Source: Telmatocola sphagniphila
GTDB taxonomy: Bacteria > Planctomycetota > Planctomycetia > Gemmatales > Gemmataceae
Direction of reading: 5' to 3'
Assembly: GCF_018398935.1 (NCBI RefSeq)
Contig: NZ_CP074694.1
Coordinates: 1,290,001-1,322,000, forward strand
DNA length: 32,000 nucleotides
Shown here: positions 8,568 through 18,594 of the stretch, piece after piece
Layout: each line of letters opens with the position of its first letter
Numbering within the stretch: position 1 is the stretch's first letter
Program-made: the position numbers and the translations under genes
The notes under the pieces: model-generated
What the model was told of the DNA's origin: nothing
The model's database searches: none
The model's input: only the letters and a program-made list of their open reading frames with translations

Positions 8568-11500
8568 TCAACTGGGGGAGTTGAGCTTCATGTGGCAGTT
8601 TTTATACTTCTTGCCGCTTCCACAAGGGCACGGATCATTTCTACCGACTTTGGGAGCAGTATTGCGGATCGGCTCGCTCTTCTTGGTAACTTCCCGATTC
8701 GTGGACATTTCATTGGGAGTGGGAGTCTCGCGAACGGGTGCGAAGGCCTGCACGGAAGCATGGGTAGCGGTTGCTCCGGCCCACAGAGCCTCGTGCATCT
8801 GCTCTTCAGGAGCATCTTCCAGGCGGAACACAGTTTCGCAAACTCGCTCTTCGAGCAATTCGAGCATCTGTTCGAACTGCTTCATCCCATCCTGCTTGTA
8901 CTTGGTCTTCGGATCGATCTGAGCATAACTCCAGAGGCTGATCCCCGCCCTCAGGTGGTCCATCGTCAATAGATGGGATTTCCAGGAACTGTCGATCATA
9001 TCCAGGAGCATCATACGCTCCATGCGACGCATTTCCGGTCGATAGATTTGATCGAAGACGTTCCAAAGGTTTTGCCGAGCTTCGTCGCGTTTCTGTCCGG
9101 CAATCGACTCCGGCGGAATCTGGATGGAATACGATTCTTTAAACCAGTCCACAAGTTCCTGAGCATCCGCGGGCTCGCAAACTTCCGAGCCGGACATGGC
9201 TTCTTCGAGTTTCTTGTCGATCTCTTCCTGGGGAAGTTTGGGCATATGTTCGGCACTGCATTCGAGCAGGAATTTCCGAATGTCTTCCTTACTCCCATCG
9301 CGGAAGAGTTCGACCGTGACTTTCGAGGCCTGGGAGGGCATTCGCTTAATGGCCCATTCGAAGATCCCTTCACGGTTATAGCGCTGTCCCTGACTTCCCG
9401 TGTCGGACATGAAACTCGCCAATGCCACCATAATCGGGAAGGCAATTTCCCGTTGCCGGTAAGATTCACGAACTTTATCGGACAAGAGCACTTTCACATC
9501 GGCGTCTGATTTGTTTTTCAAATCCGACAGATCGAGCGACACCTGGAATTTCTGCTGTGCCCAGTCGATCAGGGAGATGTGGCCCCAATCCCCGCGTAGG
9601 AATTTTTCACCTTCACTAAGGTCGACTTGCTCCACAGCCCGATTGGCCTCAGCCAGAACGACTTGCTGAATATTCTCGCGGCCAATCTGTTTGAGCTGCT
9701 TTTCGGTGTAATTCAGCAGCAGCCGAGTGTTGATCAGGCGGGTCATTTCCTGCCATTTCCAATCGGCCGGGTCATCGTTTTCCGCGAGATTTTCATCCAG
9801 GCCTTCCTGAATGACCGTAGGTACATTGCGGTAAGCTTTTTCCCGGGTGACCCGAACCGCGTCCTCGTAGTTGGCATTGAGGAATTCGTTCTCTTCGAAT
9901 TCGAGATTCATGCGGGTCGAAGCAAAATCTCTAAAACTCTCGGCGGAGTAATCGGGGGCCAAATAGCGATTCACCGCTTTTTCGACCTGCGAATCGAACA
10001 TCCGCAGCAACTCCGTTTTGCAGTTGCGATGATTCAAAATTTCCTGACGACGGCCGTAGATCAGCTTGCGCTGGGTATCCATCACCTCGTCGTATTCGAG
10101 AAGGCTTTTACGGGCTTCAAAATGCGACTCTTCGAGCTTCCGCTGTGCCGCTTCGATGCGCTTGGACACCATACGGCTTTCGATGGCCTCGCCATCCTTC
10201 ATGCCCAGTCGCGTGAGCACGCTGGCGACCCATTCGCCGCCGTAGAGACGCATGAGTTCGTCTTGGAGGGAAAGGAAGAAGCGGGAGGAACCGGGATCTC
10301 CCTGGCGGCCGGCTCGACCTCGTAGCTGATTGTCAATTCGACGGCTTTCGTGTCGTTCGGTGCCAACGATATGCAGGCCACCTTCCTCGGCCACTTTGCG
10401 ACCGGCTTCCTTCATTTTGTGTTCGGACTCAATGGCATCGACCCGGGACTTCCAAACATCTTCGGGAACTTCCAGACGGGTGGGATACTGATCCTTAAGC
10501 TGAGCCCAGGCCAGCGTTTCTGGATTGCCCCCCAGAATGATGTCGGTACCGCGTCCTGCCATGTTCGTTGAAATCGTCACCGCTCCGGCACGACCGGCTT
10601 GAGCCACTATCTCAGCTTCGCGCTGGACGTATTCGGGCTTGGCATTCAGCAATTCGTGCTTGATGCCTTTTCGCTTAAGCAAGCCACTGAGTTTTTCCGA
10701 TTTGGCCACATCGGTGGTCCCGATCAGAATGGGGCGACCGGTGGCATGCACCGTTTCAATTTCATTGATGATGGCGTCCCATTTTTCTTTTTCGGAACGG
10801 AAAACCACGTCCTGGTAATTGATGCGCTTCATGGCCCGATTCGTCGGAATCGCTACGACGTCGAGCTTGTAAATCTTCCAGAATTCGTTTGCTTCCGTCA
10901 TGGCGGTACCAGTCATACCGCCCAGCTTTTTATAAAGCTTGAAGAAGTTCTGAAGTGTAACAGTGGCAAGTGTTTGCGTTTCCTGTTTGATCTCAACACC
11001 ATCGCGGCGATGTTTGGCTTCCACAGCCTGGTGCAGACCATCCGACCACTGCCGACCGAACATGGCACGACCGGTAAACTCATCGATGATGATGATTTTC
11101 AGTTCCCGTTCATGCTCCATGACCATGTAATGGCGATCGCGCTGATAGAGATGATGGGCCTTGAGTGCATTATCGATCAGGTGAGGCCATTCCATGTTGC
11201 CCGGGGTGTAGAAACTCTCGACACCAGCCAGTTCTTCGGCTTTTCGGACACCCTTATCGGTAAGATGGCAGCTTCGTTCCTTCTCCTTGATTTCGTAGTA
11301 GATCCCGAGTTGGGGTTTTTCCCCCTGCTTAACCGGTTGCTCTTCGAGTTTAATACCCTTAGCAGCGAGTTCCGCGCGTTCTTTCTTTTCCAGTTCCGAC
11401 AATTTGAGCGCAATTTCGTTGGCCTGAACGTACTTTTCCAGATCGGAGTGAGCGGGGCCTGAGATAATCAACGGCGTTCGGGCTTCGTCGATGAGAATAT

Positions 11501-12284
11501 TGTCGACCTCATCGATGATCGCGTAATTGAGCTTTCGTTGAACCTGCTGATAGAAGGGATGATAGGTTTCGTCCCCGAATCGCGCCGGCTTCATATTATC
11601 CCGGAGATAATCGAACCCGAATTCACTGTTCGTACCGTAAGTGATGTCGCACTCGTACGCCTTACGGCGTTCGGTCGCTTCCTGATCGCTCTGAATATAA
11701 CCGGCGGTGAGTCCCAAAGCGGAATAGATAGGCAACATCCATTCGCAGTCGCGGCGGGCCAGATAGTCGTTCACCGTGATAACGTGAACACCTTCCCCCG
11801 ATAGTGCATTCAAGTAAGCGGGTAGGGTGGCAACCAGGGTTTTACCTTCCCCGGTTACCATCTCGGCGATACCGCCCCGATGCAGGATGACACCCCCGAC
11901 CATCTGGGTGTCGTAATGACGCATATTCTTGGTACGTTTGGCAGCTTCCCGGCAGGCCGCAAAAGCTTCGGGAAGGATATCCTCGAGAGATTGACCCGCT
12001 TTGAGTCGCTCCCGAAACTTGTCGGATAGGCCGCGGAGTTCCTCCGCGCTCAGGGCTTCCATCTGGGATTCGAAGGCATTGATTTTCGAAAGGGTCGAGC
12101 CCGGAATGACTTGAGCCTGATCCGCCCCCTTCGGACGATAAAAACCGATGGCCCGTACCTGGCGTTCATTGCTGGAGCCCAGCATCCGAGTGAGTAGTCG
12201 GGTGGCGCCTTCGGCCAAATTGGAGAATTTCTCTCCGATTTTTTCGAGCACGCCAACGTCGAGATTAGTGCTAGCAGTCACCAT
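8568..12284 (-). CDS. secA: Preprotein translocase ATPase SecA (unusually long, about 1238 aa)
   Basis: Motifs seen: [20 protein letters not shown] (Walker A), [58 protein letters not shown], and the C-terminal zinc motif [14 protein letters not shown] prefer ATG 12284 ([11 protein letters not shown]...) because GGAGG lies 12 nt upstream. The track start at 12368 is TTG and adds a basic, non-SecA-like 28 aa. Confidence 0.93.
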   Translation of the reverse strand: MVTASTNLDVGVLEKIGEKFSNLAEGATRLLTRMLGSSNERQVRAIGFYRPKGADQAQVIPGSTLSKINAFESQMEALSAEELRGLSDKFRERLKAGQSLEDILPEAFAACREAAKRTKNMRHYDTQMVGGVILHRGGIAEMVTGEGKTLVATLPAYLNALSGEGVHVITVNDYLARRDCEWMLPIYSALGLTAGYIQSDQEATERRKAYECDITYGTNSEFGFDYLRDNMKPARFGDETYHPFYQQVQRKLNYAIIDEVDNILIDEARTPLIISGPAHSDLEKYVQANEIALKLSELEKKERAELAAKGIKLEEQPVKQGEKPQLGIYYEIKEKERSCHLTDKGVRKAEELAGVESFYTPGNMEWPHLIDNALKAHHLYQRDRHYMVMEHERELKIIIIDEFTGRAMFGRQWSDGLHQAVEAKHRRDGVEIKQETQTLATVTLQNFFKLYKKLGGMTGTAMTEANEFWKIYKLDVVAIPTNRAMKRINYQDVVFRSEKEKWDAIINEIETVHATGRPILIGTTDVAKSEKLSGLLKRKGIKHELLNAKPEYVQREAEIVAQAGRAGAVTISTNMAGRGTDIILGGNPETLAWAQLKDQYPTRLEVPEDVWKSRVDAIESEHKMKEAGRKVAEEGGLHIVGTERHESRRIDNQLRGRAGRQGDPGSSRFFLSLQDELMRLYGGEWVASVLTRLGMKDGEAIESRMVSKRIEAAQRKLEESHFEARKSLLEYDEVMDTQRKLIYGRRQEILNHRNCKTELLRMFDSQVEKAVNRYLAPDYSAESFRDFASTRMNLEFEENEFLNANYEDAVRVTREKAYRNVPTVIQEGLDENLAENDDPADWKWQEMTRLINTRLLLNYTEKQLKQIGRENIQQVVLAEANRAVEQVDLSEGEKFLRGDWGHISLIDWAQQKFQVSLDLSDLKNKSDADVKVLLSDKVRESYRQREIAFPIMVALASFMSDTGSQGQRYNREGIFEWAIKRMPSQASKVTVELFRDGSKEDIRKFLLECSAEHMPKLPQEEIDKKLEEAMSGSEVCEPADAQELVDWFKESYSIQIPPESIAGQKRDEARQNLWNVFDQIYRPEMRRMERMMLLDMIDSSWKSHLLTMDHLRAGISLWSYAQIDPKTKYKQDGMKQFEQMLELLEERVCETVFRLEDAPEEQMHEALWAGATATHASVQAFAPVRETPTPNEMSTNREVTKKSEPIRNTAPKVGRNDPCPCGSGKKYKNCHMKLNSPS

Positions 12285-12496
12285 CCAGTTTTGCCGCCTC
12301 CGCGGATTAAGTGGGCTTTTATGATCCTTCGTAACTCTCAGTCTAAGATTGGCCCGAATGACGGTCAATACAGACTGGGGAGCTTGGTTTTTTTCGTCGT
12401 TAATTCTTACAGGACTAAGTTTGTTGGAATTATCGCTTCAGAAGGTCCTTCGCCTACAATTCATTGTGAGATGTATTGGAAATATGAAGGAATCGC

Positions 12497-13684
12497 ATGA
12501 ACTGTCCTTTCTGTCACAGCCCCGGTCCTCATGAGCAGGCCGGCAGTCGAAATATATGCGGTAAGTGTGGGGAAACCTTTGCTGGCACCCAAGCTGCCCC
12601 CCAGAAAATCGTCAGTAGTGAACTTAAGAAAAACGTTCTCACCCATCGGCAGATGCGTCAGGTTCGGGGGATGATGTCGATTCGTTCCACCGTCATTCTG
12701 TGCGTCGGCTTCGCCATGATCAGCTTCATCGGCGGCGTCGCATATCGTTGGTATTTCTCCAAAAAAATTGCCAAAGAAACTGAAGCTTCGACGCAAACCA
12801 CGCCGTATGCCCCACTGAAAATACCTGCTTTGCGATTTCTGCCGTCGGACCTGGATGGCATTTTGGCCGTCCAACTGCAGCACATGCCGAAAAACGAAGA
12901 ATTTTCCAATGCCGTAGCGACCATGGTGCGCGGGGCCAGCCTCCCCGGGGATTGGTTGAATTCCATTCCTCAAAGTTTGCAGACAGAATGGTCGAACATT
13001 CTGGAATTGGTGCTGGCTGTAAAAATCGACGAGCATTTGATACCGCCGCAAGTCTTTCTGGTACTGCACGTTAAAGAGCCCATCGATGAAGACAAGATCA
13101 TCCGCGAGTCGCGCGGTCGATATCTGGATCAGACGAAGCGGGATTATCTGAGGTTCCAAGGGCCTTCAGGTCTTTGGTTTGTCGGGTGGAAGCCGGTCGA
13201 CAAATACTTTTTAGTCGCGCTCGATGAAAAAGATCTGGACTTGTTTCCGGAAAAAGCGAAAGCCAATTCCAATCATATCTCCAACCGGCTGCGCTCCCGC
13301 ATCGAAGCATTTTGCACGGAAGATATGCATGCCTGGTTAACTATGGATTTCAGCCGATTGCCGGAAAGCGGGACCCTGATGTTGAGCGATGCTCGTCCCG
13401 AAGCTAAGACGCTCCGGCAGCAACTCGATTCTCTGACAATCGGGCTCGACACAGAAAACTCACCTCGAGCGAGCTTATCTGTAATGGCTCGCCAGGAGCA
13501 AACCGCGGAAAACTGGCGGAAAGATCTGATGGCCCGTTTCAGCGATAAACCCGGCAAAATTCAGATCGGCGGCGGGGGTAAAGCTGTCTTTCTCAAGCTG
13601 GATTTCGATCCCGAAATCATCGGGATCTTCATGCAAAGATTAATCAGCCTAAAGTCGGCGGAGAAGCCAGTCATTAAGCCTTGA
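12497..13684 (+). CDS. Hypothetical membrane-anchored protein with an N-terminal zinc ribbon
   Basis: CPFC...CGKC (MNCPFCHSPGPHEQAGSRNICGKCGETF), then one hydrophobic helix (STVILCVGFAMISFIGGVAY) and a roughly 300-aa extracytoplasmic region with no motif I recognise. Composition is more protein-like than the antisense ORF 12461..13159. Confidence 0.6.
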   Translation: MNCPFCHSPGPHEQAGSRNICGKCGETFAGTQAAPQKIVSSELKKNVLTHRQMRQVRGMMSIRSTVILCVGFAMISFIGGVAYRWYFSKKIAKETEASTQTTPYAPLKIPALRFLPSDLDGILAVQLQHMPKNEEFSNAVATMVRGASLPGDWLNSIPQSLQTEWSNILELVLAVKIDEHLIPPQVFLVLHVKEPIDEDKIIRESRGRYLDQTKRDYLRFQGPSGLWFVGWKPVDKYFLVALDEKDLDLFPEKAKANSNHISNRLRSRIEAFCTEDMHAWLTMDFSRLPESGTLMLSDARPEAKTLRQQLDSLTIGLDTENSPRASLSVMARQEQTAENWRKDLMARFSDKPGKIQIGGGGKAVFLKLDFDPEIIGIFMQRLISLKSAEKPVIKP

Positions 13685-14843
13685 GCATTTCGTCGTGGCG
13701 CATTCCACTGGGAGGAATATCGCTCTGTCGGCAGGCCGCCAGGGCTGCCTGGGCTCCCGCGTGCTGCTCGGCGTCGTTATCTTCCCACTCGATGCTGACA
13801 GCTCCATCGTAGCCTATGCGATTCAGTTCGATGAAGATTTCTTCCAGGCTGTTCGCATCTCGCATGCTGCCCGCGGTGACGAAATTCCAGCCATTGGTCC
13901 AGTGACCCATCGGGCGATGCCCTCCTAATCGGCCGCCGCGGCAATGCTCCGGGGCCACCCAGACCCCTTTGACGTGGGCACAGTGAATGCGGTCTTTGAA
14001 CTCCCGAATGAAGTCTATCACGGAAACGTTCTGCCATTCCATATGCGAGCCGTCGAGGTTAAAACCGCAGACGCTTTCATATCCCGCTTTATCCATCGCC
14101 TTGAGGTAATCGTGAGCGGATTCTATGTCGCCCATGGCCCGTTCGCTCGGGTGACATTCGAGATCGAAGGTCACACCGGTCTGCTTGCAGAGATCGAAAA
14201 CCTTCTTGAATCGTTCGACCAGCAGTTCCAGGCTGACCTCTCGTACGTCCCGAATCTTGTGTCCGCCGATCTCGGAGGGTAGGGGCGGGAAGAGGAACCA
14301 GTGACTCCAGCAATTGGCCGGGGAGCCCACGAATCCAGGTAACGCGACCTTGCGGTTGAATAATTTGCTGAGATGAGCGGCCAATCGCACGCAAGCCAAC
14401 AGGTCCCGTTCGGCTTGCTGGTGGATCAGTTTTCCAACCTCCGCCGGTACGTAGTAGGGGTCGGCTTTAGGAGGTGTATTTCCTTTGGAACGCCATTCCG
14501 AGTAAGCCTTTACGGCATCTCCACCAATGAATTGCAGAGTTTTCGCGCTTGGTTCATCCCCAAGTGCCTGACCTTGAAGGTGAGTGGCGACCGTGAAGAT
14601 TTCCAACCCGTGAGCCTTCGCCAGTTCGGCGCGTTCTTTGGCGTAGGCTGCAGCACCTTCATCGGTGTCGCATTTGCGTAAGTCGAGTTCCCAACTCGCT
14701 TCTTCCCAACCATCAAATCCGCTGGATTGCAGGAATTTGACCCATTCGGTAAAGTTCACATTACCGAACTGCCCTCGGACGAGGCCGATCTGATGGAAGC
14801 TGTTTTTGCCATTACGATGTTGAGCAGTTTGTTTAAATCCCAT
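13674..14843 (-). CDS. Xylose-isomerase-like TIM-barrel protein (sugar phosphate isomerase/epimerase family)
   Basis: The sequence shows a pattern typical of the AP-endonuclease-2/xylose-isomerase-like fold: LEIFTVATHLQGQ, DLECHPSE, FNLDGSHMEWQ, HVKGV, SIEWED. I prefer ATG 14843 (MGFKQTAQ...). The track start at 14912 is GTG. Confidence 0.65.
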   Translation of the reverse strand: MGFKQTAQHRNGKNSFHQIGLVRGQFGNVNFTEWVKFLQSSGFDGWEEASWELDLRKCDTDEGAAAYAKERAELAKAHGLEIFTVATHLQGQALGDEPSAKTLQFIGGDAVKAYSEWRSKGNTPPKADPYYVPAEVGKLIHQQAERDLLACVRLAAHLSKLFNRKVALPGFVGSPANCWSHWFLFPPLPSEIGGHKIRDVREVSLELLVERFKKVFDLCKQTGVTFDLECHPSERAMGDIESAHDYLKAMDKAGYESVCGFNLDGSHMEWQNVSVIDFIREFKDRIHCAHVKGVWVAPEHCRGGRLGGHRPMGHWTNGWNFVTAGSMRDANSLEEIFIELNRIGYDGAVSIEWEDNDAEQHAGAQAALAACRQSDIPPSGMRHDEMLKA

Positions 14844-15401
14844 GAATTTTATCCTGTTTTCCGGGAGAGAGATATTGAAGTTGGTTGTAGTTATACAAGG
14901 CTGGACCGGCACAAGACACTGTTAAATAAAAGCAAGATTTTTCGCGGAGCGAGATCAAAATGCAGATCGACCAGATGTCCGTAGCTTACCAGTGAAAAAG
15001 AAAAATTCAGAAGCTCGACGGCTTAATTGGTAAATCGATTTGTTGGATTCCAGAAACGCAAATCTAGGTCACCATTTCGCTTATTAAGAGAAATTCATGT
15101 AGTATTCCATGAGAATTGAGCACTTGCTGAGCGCTTACACTTCACTGTCGCGGAAGAGAACCGGGATTTTATTCTCAATTTCCTTCGAATTTCTCACTCC
15201 AGAGCCATTCTTTTTCATTTGACAGTCCCGGGGAAAAGTGCGAAAAATAAAGGAGTCGTTAATTCAGAATGGGATTCGGGTCCTGCCTGCAGAGCGGTCT
15301 TGCTTCAATTGTAGCCTACTATCAGACCCGGATTGGAAATACTCGTGCCGTTATCCTTCTCCGGCTAAACGAGATGGAATTCATGTGATCTGGGGTGCCT
15401 C

Positions 15402-16469
15402 ATGCGTTTAGTTGAGTCTATCAAGAAGGGTCGGCGCGGTTTCACGCTGATCGAACTTCTGGTGGTGATTGCGATCATCGCAGTACTGATCGGCCTGCTC
15501 TTGCCGGCAGTCCAGAAGGTCCGCGAGGCAGCCGCTCGTGCCAAAAGCATGAATAATCTGAAGCAAATCGGCTTGGCAGTTCATAATTACGAAAGCAATT
15601 ACCAAAAATTGCCGCCACTGATCGGTGGTGGGTTGAATCAGGGTGCGAACTTTACCTGGTTCCAAGGTGGTTCAGTTTCCCAATCTTCTGTCCTTGGTAC
15701 CACCCACATGTTCCTGCTCCCTTACATCGAGCAGGGGAACTTGTACAAGTCAATTTACATCCAAGCCAATCCCGGCTCTCCCGGATTCTATATGGCTACC
15801 GCAAATACTCCCGCGGCCTACGCAACGACGATTCCTATCTACGTCGGTCCGTCCGACCCGAGCCAATCCTCCGGCAAGGACTCTTTCGGATTTGCGATTT
15901 CCAGCTACGCGGCCAATGCACAAGTCTTTGCGAATACGGGTGTTATCAATAACATTCGAGGCCTGATCGACCAGAATAACGTTGGTCCCTCGTCCAACAC
16001 TTACGATCGCGGTTTAACGATTGCCGGCATTCAAGACGGCAGTTCGAACACAATTCTGTTCGCGGAAAAATATGGTCAATGCGGTGCGGGCGGCAGCCGC
16101 TGGACCGGTATTAATGGTGGCTCGGCGTCTACAGGCGGAACGTTTTCTCCATTGTTTGCTCCCATCATTGCCTGGGGGGTTGTCAACGGTAATCCTGGCG
16201 TTACTGGTCCTCCTTTCGTATACGGAGAAATGCCCTCATATAACGGTGGTGGCGATCCTAACAGTCTGGTGATGTTTCAAAATCAGCCCAATCCCTATAC
16301 CTCGACCTCGGCTTGCGATCCTTACCGAGCGGGAACACCCTACGCTTCAGGCATCACAGTTCTGATGGGGGATGGTGGGGTGCGATCTGTGCGTAATACG
16401 GTATCTCCCTATGTATGGTGGTTTGCTCTCGATCCTTCGGACGGGGTGACCAATAATCTGGATTCGTAA
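15402..16469 (+). CDS. DUF1559-type protein with a prepilin (type IV pilin-like) N-terminal cleavage/methylation signal
   Basis: KKGRRG|[52 protein letters not shown] is the class III signal plus the conserved DUF1559 head. The C-terminal [17 protein letters not shown] aligns to the H-X9-DG tail motif, with Tyr in place of His. Confidence 0.88.
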   Translation: MRLVESIKKGRRGFTLIELLVVIAIIAVLIGLLLPAVQKVREAAARAKSMNNLKQIGLAVHNYESNYQKLPPLIGGGLNQGANFTWFQGGSVSQSSVLGTTHMFLLPYIEQGNLYKSIYIQANPGSPGFYMATANTPAAYATTIPIYVGPSDPSQSSGKDSFGFAISSYAANAQVFANTGVINNIRGLIDQNNVGPSSNTYDRGLTIAGIQDGSSNTILFAEKYGQCGAGGSRWTGINGGSASTGGTFSPLFAPIIAWGVVNGNPGVTGPPFVYGEMPSYNGGGDPNSLVMFQNQPNPYTSTSACDPYRAGTPYASGITVLMGDGGVRSVRNTVSPYVWWFALDPSDGVTNNLDS

Positions 16470-16497
16470 TCGCGCGAATTCGATAGAATCAAGCCGA

Positions 16498-16532
16498 AAA
16501 AGCCTTCCTGAAATGGAAGGCTTTGTTTTTTT
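16498..16532 (+). terminator. Rho-independent terminator downstream of the DUF1559 gene
   Basis: An 8-bp stem, agccttcc (16501..16508) pairing with ggaaggct (16515..16522), has a 6-nt loop and is followed by gttttttt (16525..16532). It lies 29 nt after the stop and 4 nt before the mobA ATG. Confidence 0.8.
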
Positions 16533-16535
16533 ACT

Positions 16536-17147
16536 ATGAATAAATTAGCAGCTGCAATTCTGTGCGGCGGTCAAAGCCGACGCATGGGAAGCTCCAAAGC
16601 CTGGCTCTCTTTCGGGGACGAAACTTGTCTTCAAAGGGCCATTCGAATTGCGAGCAGTTCCATCGTGCAAAAGATCTATGTAGTCGCCGCGCCCGAGCAG
16701 GATCTTCCCACACTTTCACCCAATGTAACAATTCTTCGTGATGAGCGAGCGTTTGAGGGGCCGCTGCGAGGCTTATTCACCTCCCTCAGAACTTTATCTC
16801 ACGACTTTGACCGCCTATTCCTCTGCGGCTGTGATACTCCTTTTTTAAAACCGCAATTAATCGATTTTTTAGCAGACAAGTCTAAAGAGCAGGCCGTGAT
16901 CGTGCCGCGAATCGAAGGAAGATTGCAGCCCCTACATGGCCGATACGATAAAAGTGTATTGCCAATACTGGAGGAATCTCTGAAGCTGGGGCAGCTTCGA
17001 ATGACCGATTTTCTCGCACAAGTGGAATTGGATATTGTCGAGGAAAATGAAATTCGGCGATTCGATCCGCTTTTGAGAGGCTTTATGAACCTCAACTCAC
17101 GCGAGGAGTACGAGACTGCATTAAAGCTAATGGGCGAGGAAAAATAA
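16536..17147 (+). CDS. mobA: Molybdenum cofactor guanylyltransferase
   Basis: The N-terminal AAILCGGQSRRMGSSKAWL nucleotide-binding signature (LxGGxSxRMG) and a size of about 200 aa fit MobA. Confidence 0.8.
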   Translation: MNKLAAAILCGGQSRRMGSSKAWLSFGDETCLQRAIRIASSSIVQKIYVVAAPEQDLPTLSPNVTILRDERAFEGPLRGLFTSLRTLSHDFDRLFLCGCDTPFLKPQLIDFLADKSKEQAVIVPRIEGRLQPLHGRYDKSVLPILEESLKLGQLRMTDFLAQVELDIVEENEIRRFDPLLRGFMNLNSREEYETALKLMGEEK

Positions 17148-17900
17148 CTACTTGGTAGTATCGATCACCTTCTGAGCGGCCGCAGCCATTTCCGCGTTAC
17201 CCAACGCTCCACTATCGGCATAACCTAATCTCTCAGCGCGAATCTTGGCAACATCGGCGGGCAACAGTTCGCTCGATCGGAAATAGATGTACCACAAATA
17301 ACCCTTTTGAGCGCCAGTTCGATCGTAAACGAATACCGGTTTCGGACCTTTGACGAGTTTTTCAAACTTCCGGTATAGGTCTTCGTTCAATGTATCTGCT
17401 TGAACTACAAGACTTTCAAAGGCAATGCCCCGTTTTTCCACCTGTTGACGATCCGCCAACTCGTCGTCCGCGCTGGTTCGCAGAAAAACGACTTGTTGAA
17501 CGTTCTTTCGCTTCAGCCAATCCAGGCCGTCGAAATCGGGTCGCTGGCCGGTCCATATGCCTTCTTTGATGCTGGTGAAATCAGGAATACCCAAAGGCAT
17601 ATCGGTGGCGGGAAGCTTGTTCGCAATGGATTCCTGCTTTGGAGGCAGTGGGGAAGATTGCGATCGGCTCTTTTCTTCAACCCGCGCGGGAGCTCTCTGG
17701 TTATCCGGAAGAATAACTTCATTTGGGGAGTAGTAGGATCGCTCCGGGCTGATATTGGCCGGAGGAATATAGTTCGGATTACCGCTGCTGCCGCGAGGGA
17801 CCGGCGGCAGGGAATCGCAACTCTTCTTCTTACAGCAACTCGAACAGCCGTTACTAAGGCTAAGTCCCAGCAAAATCATCAAATAGGCTAAATATCGCAT
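17148..17900 (-). CDS. Putative secreted protein or lipoprotein with a C-terminal dual-specificity/tyrosine-phosphatase-like domain that lacks the catalytic Cys
   Basis: Signal peptide MRYLAYLMILLGLSLSNGC, followed by a Cys-rich CSSCCKKKSC stretch and a Pro-rich linker. The C-terminal layout (GIWTGQRP...VVFLRT...PVFVYDRTGAQKG) resembles a PTP-like fold, with YDRTGAQKG where HCxxGxxR(S/T) is expected. ATG 17900 has AGGAG 7 nt upstream. The track start at 17921 is TTG. Confidence 0.55.
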   Translation of the reverse strand: MRYLAYLMILLGLSLSNGCSSCCKKKSCDSLPPVPRGSSGNPNYIPPANISPERSYYSPNEVILPDNQRAPARVEEKSRSQSSPLPPKQESIANKLPATDMPLGIPDFTSIKEGIWTGQRPDFDGLDWLKRKNVQQVVFLRTSADDELADRQQVEKRGIAFESLVVQADTLNEDLYRKFEKLVKGPKPVFVYDRTGAQKGYLWYIYFRSSELLPADVAKIRAERLGYADSGALGNAEMAAAAQKVIDTTK

Positions 17901-18017
17901 GGCGTCACTCCTGGAGAACAATTCATTTTAAGTCGGAATTTTCAGCGTAAGAGCGGAATTGACGACAATGCCTATCTGGGAAGTTCGAATTGCGGAAAAG
18001 AGTAGCGATTAGAGCGA

Positions 18018-18524
18018 TTACGCAAGACTCGTTGAAGAATTCTGATCCCGCTCGGCCGTTTCGAGCAAAGTGTAAAGGTCTCGGCAATTCATCCCTGACT
18101 CTTTCAGGGTCTGGTAGACAACCGACTCCACATCAGAAAGGACCATCACAGCAATATCAGACGAGTGTATGATTGTGCGATTTTGAGATCGCATTCTTTC
18201 CAGAGATCCTTGCAGCATTTTAATGACGCCATTGGAGCAGAATTCCCGATGGAGTGGAGGCGCATCTGCCCGAGGGCGGTCACTTTCTTTGAACATCAGT
18301 CGTAACTGCTCACCGAGGTTTCGAACATCTATCTTGGAATATTCCGCCCATAGTTTAATGGTCTGATCCGCCTGGAGTAGTATCCCGATGAACAGATGAG
18401 GGGTCCGAAGATTATCCCAGCCTCCCAGGCGGGCGGCGTGCCGGGCCTCCTCGAGTGCCTTGAGACAATCGTTCGAAAATAGAGTGCGGTTAAGATGTCC
18501 CGAAATGGCGAAAAGCGAATCCAT
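18018..18524 (-). CDS. Stand-alone Clp N-terminal (Clp_N / Clp R) double-repeat domain protein
   Basis: Two Clp_N-like repeats: LFSNDCLKALEEARHAARLGGWDNLRTPHLFIGILLQ and FCSNGVIKMLQGSLERMRSQNRTIIHSSDIAVMVLSD...YQTLKESGMN. No AAA+ module follows. ATG 18524 has AGGAAG upstream. An alternative ATG at 18608 would overlap trpA by 14 nt. Confidence 0.65.
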   Translation of the reverse strand: MDSLFAISGHLNRTLFSNDCLKALEEARHAARLGGWDNLRTPHLFIGILLQADQTIKLWAEYSKIDVRNLGEQLRLMFKESDRPRADAPPLHREFCSNGVIKMLQGSLERMRSQNRTIIHSSDIAVMVLSDVESVVYQTLKESGMNCRDLYTLLETAERDQNSSTSLA

Positions 18525-18594
18525 GATTCTTCCTGATTCTCCGACAAACTTTTGAAACTGTAGTTTGCGAATGGGAATCGGGCAAATCACAGAT

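Noticed and set aside
8973-11462. Long plus-strand ORFs inside secA (8973..9509, 9627..10325, 10599..11462)
   Set aside because: They lie entirely antisense to a SecA sequence that is conserved along its whole length. They carry no recognisable motifs and are typical shadow ORFs of a codon-biased gene.
12285-12368. N-terminal extensions implied by the longest-ORF starts (secA 12368, trpA 19449, TIM-barrel 14912, lipoprotein 17921, pheT 20762, glgC 24739, yajC 29946)
   Set aside because: Most of these starts are TTG or GTG. They add non-conserved, often basic residues ahead of an ATG that matches the family N-terminus and usually has a Shine-Dalgarno-like sequence. The yajC extension would overlap tgt by 59 nt.
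12461-13159. 232-aa minus-strand ORF overlapping the zinc-ribbon gene
   Set aside because: It has no motif, signal or sensible start context, and its composition looks random. The plus-strand frame has a zinc ribbon, a TM helix and a full-length 395-aa reading frame. This is not proven, which is why the plus-strand call is given only 0.6.
15265-15335. tRNA-like T-arm impression (gggattcgggtcc) and a 6-bp long-range pairing cgggtc/gacccg
   Set aside because: No 5-bp stem with a 7-nt TTCGAAT-type loop, acceptor stem or anticodon arm can be built around it. The long-range stem is too short to be meaningful.
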